Source of the DNA: Mucisphaera calidilacus
GTDB taxonomy: Bacteria > Planctomycetota > Phycisphaerae > Phycisphaerales > Phycisphaeraceae
Direction: 5' to 3'
NCBI RefSeq assembly: GCF_007748075.1
Contig: NZ_CP036280.1
Location: 2,730,001 to 2,762,000 of the forward strand
Length of the DNA: 32,000 nucleotides
Below, one piece after another: positions 1 to 8,045 of the stretch. Position numbers and translations under genes: made by a program. Numbering within the stretch: position 1 is the stretch's first letter; every line of letters begins with the position of its first letter. A model generated the notes under the pieces. The model was not told where the DNA came from. It did no database searches and saw only the letters and a list, made by a program, of their open reading frames with translations.

Positions 1-1
1 G

Positions 2-355
2 AACATCCGTGACATCGGCGTGATCCGTGCGGTGGGCGGTTCGCGGACGGGTGTGCTGAATATTTTCCTGGGTTATGGGCTGGCGATCGGTGTGGTGGGT
101 GGCGGTCTGGGGTTGACGCTTGGCGGGTCGATCGTGATCTATCTCAACGAGATCCAGGACGTGATTCACTACTTCAGCGGTTGGCGGATGTGGAATCCGC
201 AGACGTATTTCTTTGACCGGATCCCGAACCAGGTGAACCCGATGGAGGCGTTGGCGATCGTGCTGGGGGCGGTGCTTTCGAGCGTGGTGGGAGCGGCGTT
301 GCCGGCGATCATGGCGTCGCGGCTGGACCCGGTGGAGGCGTTGCGTCATGAGTAG
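2..355 (+). CDS. C-terminal fragment of an FtsX-family ABC transporter permease (LolC/LolE-like); the 5' end lies outside the window
   Basis: The frame is open from the window edge. The translation has a hydrophobic TM segment (IFLGYGLAIGVVGGGLGLTLGGSIVIYL), then a periplasmic-loop-like stretch, a final TM, and the family-typical tail LDPVEALRHE. It overlaps the next ATPase gene by 8 nt. Confidence 0.8.
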   Translation, partial: NIRDIGVIRAVGGSRTGVLNIFLGYGLAIGVVGGGLGLTLGGSIVIYLNEIQDVIHYFSGWRMWNPQTYFFDRIPNQVNPMEALAIVLGAVLSSVVGAALPAIMASRLDPVEALRHE

Positions 356-1034
356 GCTGCGTGCCGAGGCGTTGACGCGTGTGTTCCGTAGCGGCCCGAA
401 GCGGCTGGAGGTTCTGCGTGGGGTGTCGCTGACGATCGAGTCGGGGGAGTGGGTAGCGATCCTGGGGCGGTCGGGTTCGGGCAAGAGCACGCTTTTGCAC
501 CTGCTGGGGGGGCTGGATCGTCCGAACGGCGGGTCGGTTCATTTTGACGAGCAGGACATCCGGCGGATCGGGATCAACCGGTATCGGAACCAGCACGTGG
601 GGTTCGTGTTTCAGGCGTACCACCTGCTGGCGGAGCTGAGTGCGATCGAGAACGTGCTGCTGGCGGCGATGATCGGCCCGACGCCTGCGGGCTGGGGTCC
701 GCGTCGTGGGGAAGCGCGTGCGGAGGCGGTTCGTCTGCTGGAGCTGATGGGTCTCGGGGACCGGATCGATCATCGTGTGGAGCGTCTGTCGGGTGGCGAG
801 CGTCAGCGTGTGGCGATTGCGCGGGCGCTTATTAATCGTCCGGCGTTGCTGTTGGCCGATGAACCTACTGGCAACCTCGATGCCCAGACCAGCGGCGAGA
901 TTCTGGATCTTCTGCGCAAGCTTCACGGAGAGGGTCAGACCATCGTCCTGGTGACGCACGACCTCGGGGTGGCGGAGGCAGCGGATCGGCGTTTGACGCT
1001 CGAAGCCGGTAATCTGGTAGGCAATCATGAATGA
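348..1034 (+). CDS. lolD: ABC transporter ATP-binding protein, LolD/MacB-type
   Basis: Walker A GRSGSGKSTLLHLLGG, ABC signature LSGGERQRVAIARAL, Walker B LLLADEPTGNLD and H-loop VTHD are all present. It directly follows an FtsX-type permease. The lolD symbol rests on family resemblance and context only. Confidence 0.8.
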   Translation: MSRLRAEALTRVFRSGPKRLEVLRGVSLTIESGEWVAILGRSGSGKSTLLHLLGGLDRPNGGSVHFDEQDIRRIGINRYRNQHVGFVFQAYHLLAELSAIENVLLAAMIGPTPAGWGPRRGEARAEAVRLLELMGLGDRIDHRVERLSGGERQRVAIARALINRPALLLADEPTGNLDAQTSGEILDLLRKLHGEGQTIVLVTHDLGVAEAADRRLTLEAGNLVGNHE

Positions 1035-3156
1035 TCATCGCGATGACAAGCACGACGGCGATCTGACCCCCCAGCACCCACAAGACGCGACACCGGAGGA
1101 AGCGGCGATCCCTGCGGATCAGGCGGCTGATCGGCCGGAGTCGGGGCACCCGTTCGGGGAGCCGGATGCGCGGGCGTCGGAGGAGCGGCCTGAGCCGGCG
1201 TCGGTTCAGCGTGATCTGCCACAGGGGTATGCGTTGGTCCAGCCGGATACCGAGGCGCGGGTGGCGGAGCCTGAGGGGCGATTGGCGGAGGGAGAAGACG
1301 AGGCGGATCAGCCTGAGATGGTGTCGCCTGCGACGCCCCCTGCGCGTTCGTACGCGGTGGATGCGCTGCGTGGTCTGGCGATCCTGGGGATGTGTTTGTC
1401 GGGGATTATTGCGGGTGGTTTGTGGAACGGCATGTATCACGGGAACTTCCCGCGTTGGCTGCCCGGCGCTTTCGTGCAGCCTGCGGAGGCGGAGCCTGAG
1501 ACGGATCCTGCGCTGAGTGATGTGGAGGCGTTGGATGCGGCGCTGGACACACCGGCGTCGGCGGCGGGGGGCGATGGTTGGCAGGCGGTCGAGTCGGTGG
1601 TGTTCCGAGATGACTGGCCCTCGTTCACGTGGGTGGACTGGGTGTTCCCGATGTTTTTGTTCGCGATGGGCTTGGCGATCCCGCTGGCCTATGCGGGTCG
1701 ACGGTCGCGTGGTGGTTCATGGTGGGCGTACCCGTTCCATTCGGTGTGGCGGTTCGTGATTCTGGTGGGATTTGCGTTGTATGCGCGTCACGTGACGGCG
1801 CATTTCATTGACAGTTCGCCTGACGCGGCGACGTGGTGCGTGGTGCTGATCGGATTCCTGGTGCCGTTCGCGTTGTTCGTGCGGTTGCCGAGTGGCACGC
1901 GTGCGGGCGGGCGATTGGCTCTGCGTCTGCTGGGGCTGACGGCGGCGGTGTCGCTGCTGGCCTTCATCAATCTGCGTGAGGGTCATGAATTCACGTGGAA
2001 GGCGTCATGGGGCGGTCCGAACGTGGACATCATCATTCTGTTGCTGGCGTGGGCGTCGCTGGCGACGTCGCTGCTGTGGTACGTGACGCGAGCGGTGCCG
2101 TGGCTGCGTCTGATGGTGGGTTTGCCGTTTGCGTTCGTGGCGCATCACCAGTCGATGCGGAGTGAGTGGCGTGTGTTCCCGCCGAGCGCGGAGGGAGCGG
2201 AGGGAACGATCGGTGATCAGTTGAATCAGCTGGTGGGCCCGGTGTGGGGCGGGGGCTGGCTGAACCTGACGTGGTTGAATGACTATCTGCCGGGGGCGTT
2301 GCCTGAGAGCGTGCTGGACATGAGCCCGCTTTACAACTTCGGGTATTTCAAGTTCACGTGGATCACGATCGTGGGGACGGTGATCGGGGACATCATTGTG
2401 CGTCGGGCGCGCAAGAGTGTGAACGAGCCGGAGCGGACGATCGCGGGCTGGGGCTGGGGTCGTGTGCTGCTGATCTCGCTGCTGATGCTGTCGACGATCG
2501 TGGGCGTGTTCATCGGGTTGAACGACTACGTGGAGACGCACCTGGATCTGGGGTTTGTGTCGATCGCGAATCCGTACACGGCGTTGCTGGCTTTGGTGCC
2601 GCTGGCGTTGGCGGTGGTGCTGGTTCAGCCGGCGACGGATTTGTGGGATCGTCACGTGCGTGTGCTGACGTGGTGGGGTGCGGCGTGGGTGTTGATCGGT
2701 CTGGCGTTGTGCGTGCTGCCGGGGTCTGCGGCGGGGACGGAATTTGCGTTCTTTGAGGGCGGGATCAAGAAGGGGCCGCCGAGCACGCTGAGCTGGTACA
2801 GCACGTCGTTGGGCGTGAGCATTCTGCTGCTGGCGTGGTGGACGATGTGGGTGGATGCGCGGGGAGTTCGCTGGCCGCTGGGTCTGCTGATCGCGAACGG
2901 TCAGAACCCGATGCTGGCGTACGTGGCGATCCGGAACCTGCTGGCTCCGCTGGTGGCGTTGCCGTTGCTGGTGCCGTTTGTTGCTCCGGAGGTGTTGGCG
3001 GAGAACGCGGGTCTGTCGAGTCTCAACGGCTGGATGACGGCGTATCTGGAGCCGGGCGGGCCGTGGAGCCTGTTCCTGTGGGCGGTCGGCAAGACGTTGC
3101 TGCTGGCGGTTCTGGTGTGGATGCTGACGCGGGCGCGTCTGGTGTGGCGTAGCTGA
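1027..3156 (+). CDS. Polytopic membrane protein, heparan-alpha-glucosaminide N-acetyltransferase-like (DUF5009/DUF1624-type acyltransferase), with a ~95 aa acidic/proline-rich N-terminal region
   Basis: 709 aa ORF with many hydrophobic segments. The motif RSYAVDALRGLAILGMCLSG resembles the R-x-x-x-D-x-x-RG-x-x-x-x-x-M start of DUF1624/DUF5009/HGSNAT proteins. ATG 1027 overlaps the lolD stop by 8 nt. An alternative internal start (MVSPATPP, about nt 1319) cannot be excluded. Confidence 0.6.
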   Translation: MNDHRDDKHDGDLTPQHPQDATPEEAAIPADQAADRPESGHPFGEPDARASEERPEPASVQRDLPQGYALVQPDTEARVAEPEGRLAEGEDEADQPEMVSPATPPARSYAVDALRGLAILGMCLSGIIAGGLWNGMYHGNFPRWLPGAFVQPAEAEPETDPALSDVEALDAALDTPASAAGGDGWQAVESVVFRDDWPSFTWVDWVFPMFLFAMGLAIPLAYAGRRSRGGSWWAYPFHSVWRFVILVGFALYARHVTAHFIDSSPDAATWCVVLIGFLVPFALFVRLPSGTRAGGRLALRLLGLTAAVSLLAFINLREGHEFTWKASWGGPNVDIIILLLAWASLATSLLWYVTRAVPWLRLMVGLPFAFVAHHQSMRSEWRVFPPSAEGAEGTIGDQLNQLVGPVWGGGWLNLTWLNDYLPGALPESVLDMSPLYNFGYFKFTWITIVGTVIGDIIVRRARKSVNEPERTIAGWGWGRVLLISLLMLSTIVGVFIGLNDYVETHLDLGFVSIANPYTALLALVPLALAVVLVQPATDLWDRHVRVLTWWGAAWVLIGLALCVLPGSAAGTEFAFFEGGIKKGPPSTLSWYSTSLGVSILLLAWWTMWVDARGVRWPLGLLIANGQNPMLAYVAIRNLLAPLVALPLLVPFVAPEVLAENAGLSSLNGWMTAYLEPGGPWSLFLWAVGKTLLLAVLVWMLTRARLVWRS

Positions 3157-3220
3157 GGCCGGATCGGTGGGTTGTGGCGTGTGCTCGTGTTATTGAACAC
3201 GATAGGATGGTTGCCTGAGG

Positions 3221-4819
3221 GTGTTTCGGTTCACCGAGTCACCCGATGACTGCGATCAACCCTTATGGAGCACGCCCTTGGCACGCAAGAAGAGCACGGC
3301 AGCGAAGACCCCTCCCGCGGACATCGGCCTGATCGGCCTGGCGGTGATGGGTCAGAATCTGATTCTGAACATGGCGGATCACGGTTACACGGTGGCGGTG
3401 TACAACCGCACGTCGTCGAAGGTGGATGATTTCATCGCGTCGGCGAAGGCGAGCGAGCCGTCGGCGGGCCGTCTGGTGGGTTGCAAGTCGCTGAAGAAAT
3501 TCGTGTCGTCGATCAAGCGGCCGCGGAAGATCGTGCTGCTGGTGAAGGCGGGCTGGGCGACGGACGCGACGATCGAGTCGGTGGTGCCTTACCTGGAGAA
3601 GGGTGACATCATCATTGATGGTGGGAACGCGTTGTGGACGGACACGATCCGGCGTGAGCAGGAGTTGACGGCGAAGGGGCTGCGTTTCATCGGCTCGGGG
3701 GTGTCGGGTGGTGAGACGGGTGCGCGGTTCGGTCCGTCGCTGATGCCGGGCGGGTCGAAGGAGGCGTGGAAGGAGCTGGAGCCGATCTGGAAGGCGATCT
3801 CGGCGAAGGTGGACCGCAAGACGGGTCGTCCGATCGAGGTGGACACGCCGGGGCAGGTGGCGAAGGGTGGCGAGCCGTGCACGGTGCACATCGGTGAGAA
3901 CGGTGCGGGGCACTATGTGAAGATGGTGCACAACGGCATCGAGTACATCGACATGCAGCTGATCTGCGAGGCGTACATGCTCATGAAGAATTTGCTGGGC
4001 ATGAAGCCGGACGCGATGAGCGAGGTGTTCGCGGGGTGGAACGAGGGCGATCTGGACTCGTACCTGATCGAGATCACGGCGGACATCCTTCAGCAGAAGG
4101 ACCCGATGAACAAGCGTCGGTTCCTGGTGGACTCGGTGCTGGACACGGCGGGTCAGAAGGGGACGGGCAAGTGGACGTCGACGAGTGCGTTGGATCTGGG
4201 GATTCCGGCGAACGCGATCGCGGAGGCGGTGTTTGCGCGGTGCCTGTCGGCGATCAAGGAGGAGCGTGTCTCGGCGAGCAAGCAGCTGCGTGGGCCGAAG
4301 GCGCCGCGTCTGCCGATGAGCAAGGCGAAGGCGATCGAGGCGATCCGCGAGGCGCTCTACTGCTCGAAGATCTGCGCGTACGCTCAGGGGTTCCAGCTGA
4401 TGGCGGAGGCGGCGAGGGAGTATGACTGGAAGCTCGACTTCGGGAAGATCGCGAAGATCTTCCGGGGCGGGTGTATCATCCGGGCGCGGTTCCTGCAGAA
4501 GATCACGGAGGCGTACAAGGCGGACCGGAGGCTGCAGAACCTGATGCTCGACCCGTATTTCAAGAAGGCGTTGCACGGCGGCCAGGGCAACTGGCGGTCG
4601 GTGGTGACGATGGCGACGAACGCGGGGGTGCCGATCCCGGCGTTCAGCAGCGCGTTGGCCTACTTCGACGGGTACCGGACGGCGGTGCTGCCGGCGAACC
4701 TGCTGCAGGCGCAGCGGGACTATTTCGGGGCGCACACGTTCGAGCGGACGGACAAACCGCGTGGGCAGTTCTTCCACGTGGACTGGCCGGAGCCGGGTCG
4801 CCCGATCAGCAAGTCCTGA
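3221..4819 (+). CDS. gnd: 6-phosphogluconate dehydrogenase (decarboxylating)
   Basis: N-terminal Rossmann motif [30 protein letters not shown] and core motifs [42 protein letters not shown] and [11 protein letters not shown]. The ORF-track start is GTG 3221. An in-frame TTG at 3278 preceded by GGAG would give a more typical short N-terminus. Confidence 0.95.
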   Translation: MFRFTESPDDCDQPLWSTPLARKKSTAAKTPPADIGLIGLAVMGQNLILNMADHGYTVAVYNRTSSKVDDFIASAKASEPSAGRLVGCKSLKKFVSSIKRPRKIVLLVKAGWATDATIESVVPYLEKGDIIIDGGNALWTDTIRREQELTAKGLRFIGSGVSGGETGARFGPSLMPGGSKEAWKELEPIWKAISAKVDRKTGRPIEVDTPGQVAKGGEPCTVHIGENGAGHYVKMVHNGIEYIDMQLICEAYMLMKNLLGMKPDAMSEVFAGWNEGDLDSYLIEITADILQQKDPMNKRRFLVDSVLDTAGQKGTGKWTSTSALDLGIPANAIAEAVFARCLSAIKEERVSASKQLRGPKAPRLPMSKAKAIEAIREALYCSKICAYAQGFQLMAEAAREYDWKLDFGKIAKIFRGGCIIRARFLQKITEAYKADRRLQNLMLDPYFKKALHGGQGNWRSVVTMATNAGVPIPAFSSALAYFDGYRTAVLPANLLQAQRDYFGAHTFERTDKPRGQFFHVDWPEPGRPISKS

Positions 4820-4826
4820 TTAGCAT

Positions 4827-4855
4827 TTGACATTTCGTGAAATCTTGCCATGATG
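4827..4855 (+). promoter_or_regulatory. Candidate sigma70-like promoter for the LTD/nuclease pair
   Basis: TTGACA at 4827-4832, then a 16-17 nt spacer and CATGAT/ATGATG. A small hairpin GTCTC-TTGAAAG-GAGAC follows and embeds the AGGAG ribosome-binding site of the ATG at 4880. Motif match only. Confidence 0.25.
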
Positions 4856-4879
4856 GCGGTCTCTTGAAAGGAGACGGTC

Positions 4880-5527
4880 ATGATGGATGCTGCGGTAGCG
4901 ATTGTCATCACGGAGATCATGTACAACCCGGCGAGCAGTGAGAAGCAGCCGGTCCGGGTTGAGTGGGTGGAGGTGTACAACCGGTCGGAACGGCCGGTGG
5001 ACCTGAGCGGGTGGAAGTTGTGTGACGAGGACGGCGAGAGCGGCGGGATTCCGCAGGGGGCCAGGCTGCCGGGCGGTGAGACGATGATTCTGATCCCGAA
5101 GGCGCAGACGCCTCGGAACTTCCTGAGCGGGTGGCCGCTGCAGGAGCATCGCGATTCGACGGTGATCGTGCAGTTGGATGGCTGGCGTCGGGGCGGGTTC
5201 GGGGGGTTGTCGAATTCGCCGAGTCCGAGCAACGAGATGCTGGTGCTGCGTCGTGCGAACGGTTCGACGGCGGACGCGGTGAACTTTGACGACACCGAGC
5301 CGTGGCCGAGCGATTCGCCTGAGGGCCCGAGCATCTACCTGCGGCCTCACGCGATTGATCCTGCGTTGAATGATCGTGGTGAGAACTGGGCGCGGTCGTC
5401 GGTGGAGGAGCATGGCGGTCGTGCGGCGCGGAACCGGGGCGGGTACAGCGAGAAGGACATCGGTTCTCCGGGGTTCGTGGCGATCGATCGTGAGTCGGAG
5501 GCGTCGGACGCTACACTTCGACCATGA
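4880..5527 (+). CDS. Stand-alone lamin tail domain (LTD) protein with no signal peptide
   Basis: The N-terminus IVITEIMYNPASSE...EWVEVYNRSERPVDLSGWKL is the canonical LTD opening, and the C-terminal region ends NWARS...GSPGFV. An in-frame TGA at 4865-4867 precludes an N-terminal extension. Confidence 0.8.
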   Translation: MMDAAVAIVITEIMYNPASSEKQPVRVEWVEVYNRSERPVDLSGWKLCDEDGESGGIPQGARLPGGETMILIPKAQTPRNFLSGWPLQEHRDSTVIVQLDGWRRGGFGGLSNSPSPSNEMLVLRRANGSTADAVNFDDTEPWPSDSPEGPSIYLRPHAIDPALNDRGENWARSSVEEHGGRAARNRGGYSEKDIGSPGFVAIDRESEASDATLRP

Positions 5528-6408
5528 GACGATTCCTGACCGCCCTGCTTGTTGTGTTGACCCTTGCCTGCCCGTCGGCTGGCTGGCATTCGGAGGGTCA
5601 CCTGGTGATCACGCGATTGGCACTGACTTCGCTGCCGGAGGACGTGCCGGCGTTTTTCCGCGAGGCGACGCAGGCGATTGCGGAGGGTTCGGTGGACCCG
5701 GACCTGTTCAAGAATCGTGGGATCCCGCACCTGACCTCGGCCGAGGCTCCGGAGCACTACTTCCATGTCGAGGCGTTGCCCGGGCTGGCGTTGCCGGCGA
5801 CGCGTTCTGAGTGGCTGGCGTACTGTCAGGAGCACGGGATTGAGGTGCGTGATGCGGGGATGCTGCCTTACGCGATCATGGAGCACACGGAGCGTCTAAC
5901 GATCGCGTTCGCGGAGCATCGACGTCGGCCGGACGCGGAGACGGTACGTCAGCGTGCGATCGTGTACGCGGGTTTGCTGGCGCATTACACGGCCGACCTG
6001 GGGATGCCGCTTCACTGCACGGAGCATTACAACGGCCGCAAGCAGCCGGCCGGTCGTTCGCCTCGGTCGGGCATTCACGCGCGGGTTGATGCGTTGGCCG
6101 GGAAGGTGCCGGGGGCGTTGCTCACGGCCGATCCGCTGGAGGCTCCCTTTGCGGCTCAGAACCTGCCGCTGGCGCTGCTGCGCGAGCTGCGACTTAGCCA
6201 CCGCCGGGTGGACTGGGCGTACAAGCTGGAGGCGAAGTTCCCTGGTGTGGGTGATCGCGCGTTGGATGATCCGGAGGTGGTGCGTTTTTCGGTGGACTGC
6301 GTGCGTCACAGCGCTCACGTGACGGCGAGCATGTATCTGACGGCGTGGCGGAATTCGGAGACGATTCGTCTGCCGAGGTGGCTGGAGGGGTCGATACCGA
6401 GTCAATAA
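5524..6408 (+). CDS. Secreted S1/P1 nuclease / zinc phospholipase C superfamily protein
   Basis: Signal peptide MRRFLTALLVVLTLACPSAG, followed by W-HSEGH, which matches the Trp1/His6 Zn ligands of mature P1 nuclease. Further ligand-like motifs are VDPD, EHYFHV, HYTADLGMPLH (compare HFIGDMTQPLH) and GIHARVD (compare NLHSDWD). The start overlaps the LTD stop as ATGA. Confidence 0.75.
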   Translation: MRRFLTALLVVLTLACPSAGWHSEGHLVITRLALTSLPEDVPAFFREATQAIAEGSVDPDLFKNRGIPHLTSAEAPEHYFHVEALPGLALPATRSEWLAYCQEHGIEVRDAGMLPYAIMEHTERLTIAFAEHRRRPDAETVRQRAIVYAGLLAHYTADLGMPLHCTEHYNGRKQPAGRSPRSGIHARVDALAGKVPGALLTADPLEAPFAAQNLPLALLRELRLSHRRVDWAYKLEAKFPGVGDRALDDPEVVRFSVDCVRHSAHVTASMYLTAWRNSETIRLPRWLEGSIPSQ

Positions 6409-6471
6409 GACAGGGCTGTGGTTGCGTCGTGAGTATCCATGATTCATTGCATAACCTGAAGGCATGATCTG

Positions 6472-7911
6472 ATGAACATTCTCCTTGTGATGTGCGATTC
6501 GCTGCCGGCTCAGTTCTGTGGCCACCACGGCGACTCGGCTTGTGCGACGCCACATCTCGACGCACTGGCTGAGCGCGGGGTGACCTTCGAGCGGGCTTAT
6601 TGCAACAGCCCGCTCTGCACGCCCTCGCGTGCCTCTGTGCTGACCGGGCAATACGCTTCGACGCTGGGCTGTCTGGACAATGCGGGGTCGTTTTCTTCGG
6701 AGTGGCCCACGGTTGCGCATTGTCTTTCAGCTGCGGGTTATGACACCACCATCATCGGCAAGATGCACCTTGTTGGGCACGACCAGTGGCACGGTTTCGA
6801 TGAGCGGGTCTGTCTGGATACTGATTACACGACCGGCTACGACGTCTTCAATTATCGGCTGGCGTACGACTGGGAGCAGCCCGTGGCGGGCAATCCCGTC
6901 GGGCACAACTGGATGGGGCCGAGTTATGTCAAGGACAGTGCGTGGGACGACTTTTCGCTCCACTACGACCGTGACGTGCGCATTCATGAGGCGGCGCTGA
7001 AGTTTCTCAATGACCGCGGTCCCGAGTCAAAACCCTTCTTTGCGTGTGTGTCTTATCACGCGCCGCACAATCCCTTCTGGATTCCCGAGGAGTTTCGGCG
7101 GCGCTTCTCGGAGATTGAGCTTGATCTACCGGCGTTGCCCGAGGGCATCGACACTTGCCAGAGCGTGATGGATCAGTGGCTGGATGCCTTCCATTACCGT
7201 GATGAGATTCGAGACCGGCTGATGACCGAGGAGAATCTTCGCTGGCTCTATGAGACGTGTTACGGCATGGTCTACGACCTCGACCAACGTCTGGGCGCGT
7301 TGATTGAGGCGTTGGAGGTCAACGGGCTTGCCGACAATACGGCGGTCATCTTCATCAGTGATCACGGTGACATGATGGCGCAGCGTGGGATGATCCAGAA
7401 GCGGTATTTCTATGAGCATTCCGTGCGTGTTCCGCTGGTTGCCTACGTCCCGGACGGTGGTGCGGCGGGATCGCGTCTCACAACGCCTGTGTCGCTGGTT
7501 GATCTTCTTCCGACGTTTACTGACTTGACGGGGACGAATGCTCCGTCTGATTTGCCGGGTATGAGTCTGCGGCCGGCTATTGAGTCGGGGATTGAGCCGG
7601 AAGCGCGTACGCTCTTTTGTGAGTACCACGGCGAGGGCGTACACGCGCCGTGTTTCCTCGCGATTCGCGACAATCTTCGATACTTCTATATCCACGGCCA
7701 CGAGGAGCGTTTGTACGACATCGACAGCGATCCGATGCAGTACCACGACCTTTCGGAGGATGCTCGCTACGTCGACCGGGTTCGTGCGTTCAGGCAAGAG
7801 CTGTCAGCGCGGTTTGATCCCGAGCGTATCGCGCAGGATGCGTTGCAGAGCCAGCGAAACCGGATCTTCATCTACAGCAATTCGGGTCATGAGCAGGCCG
7901 GTTCGTCTTGA
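6472..7911 (+). CDS. Sulfatase family protein (choline-sulfatase/arylsulfatase-like), apparently cytoplasmic
   Basis: NILLVMCDS at the N-terminus, formylglycine motif CTPSRASVLTG, SDHGDMM metal/active-site region, and a C-terminal LYDIDSDPMQYHDL motif typical of sulfatases. No signal peptide is visible. Confidence 0.9.
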   Translation: MNILLVMCDSLPAQFCGHHGDSACATPHLDALAERGVTFERAYCNSPLCTPSRASVLTGQYASTLGCLDNAGSFSSEWPTVAHCLSAAGYDTTIIGKMHLVGHDQWHGFDERVCLDTDYTTGYDVFNYRLAYDWEQPVAGNPVGHNWMGPSYVKDSAWDDFSLHYDRDVRIHEAALKFLNDRGPESKPFFACVSYHAPHNPFWIPEEFRRRFSEIELDLPALPEGIDTCQSVMDQWLDAFHYRDEIRDRLMTEENLRWLYETCYGMVYDLDQRLGALIEALEVNGLADNTAVIFISDHGDMMAQRGMIQKRYFYEHSVRVPLVAYVPDGGAAGSRLTTPVSLVDLLPTFTDLTGTNAPSDLPGMSLRPAIESGIEPEARTLFCEYHGEGVHAPCFLAIRDNLRYFYIHGHEERLYDIDSDPMQYHDLSEDARYVDRVRAFRQELSARFDPERIAQDALQSQRNRIFIYSNSGHEQAGSS

Positions 7912-8045
7912 TGCGGTGCGCTGACTCAGCCGAGGAGAGCGGGCTTGATGCAGTGAGAAAGGCGGTTCGATGCTTGAAGTAGCGTGTGATCGCCTGCTCA
8001 TGCCGGAGCCACACGAGGTCTACCCATGGCTCGCGGCGGAGTGTG

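Noticed and set aside
3263-4777. 504 aa minus-strand ORF antisense to gnd
   Set aside because: It is an Arg/Leu/Pro/His-rich shadow ORF. The gnd frame on the + strand is unambiguous.
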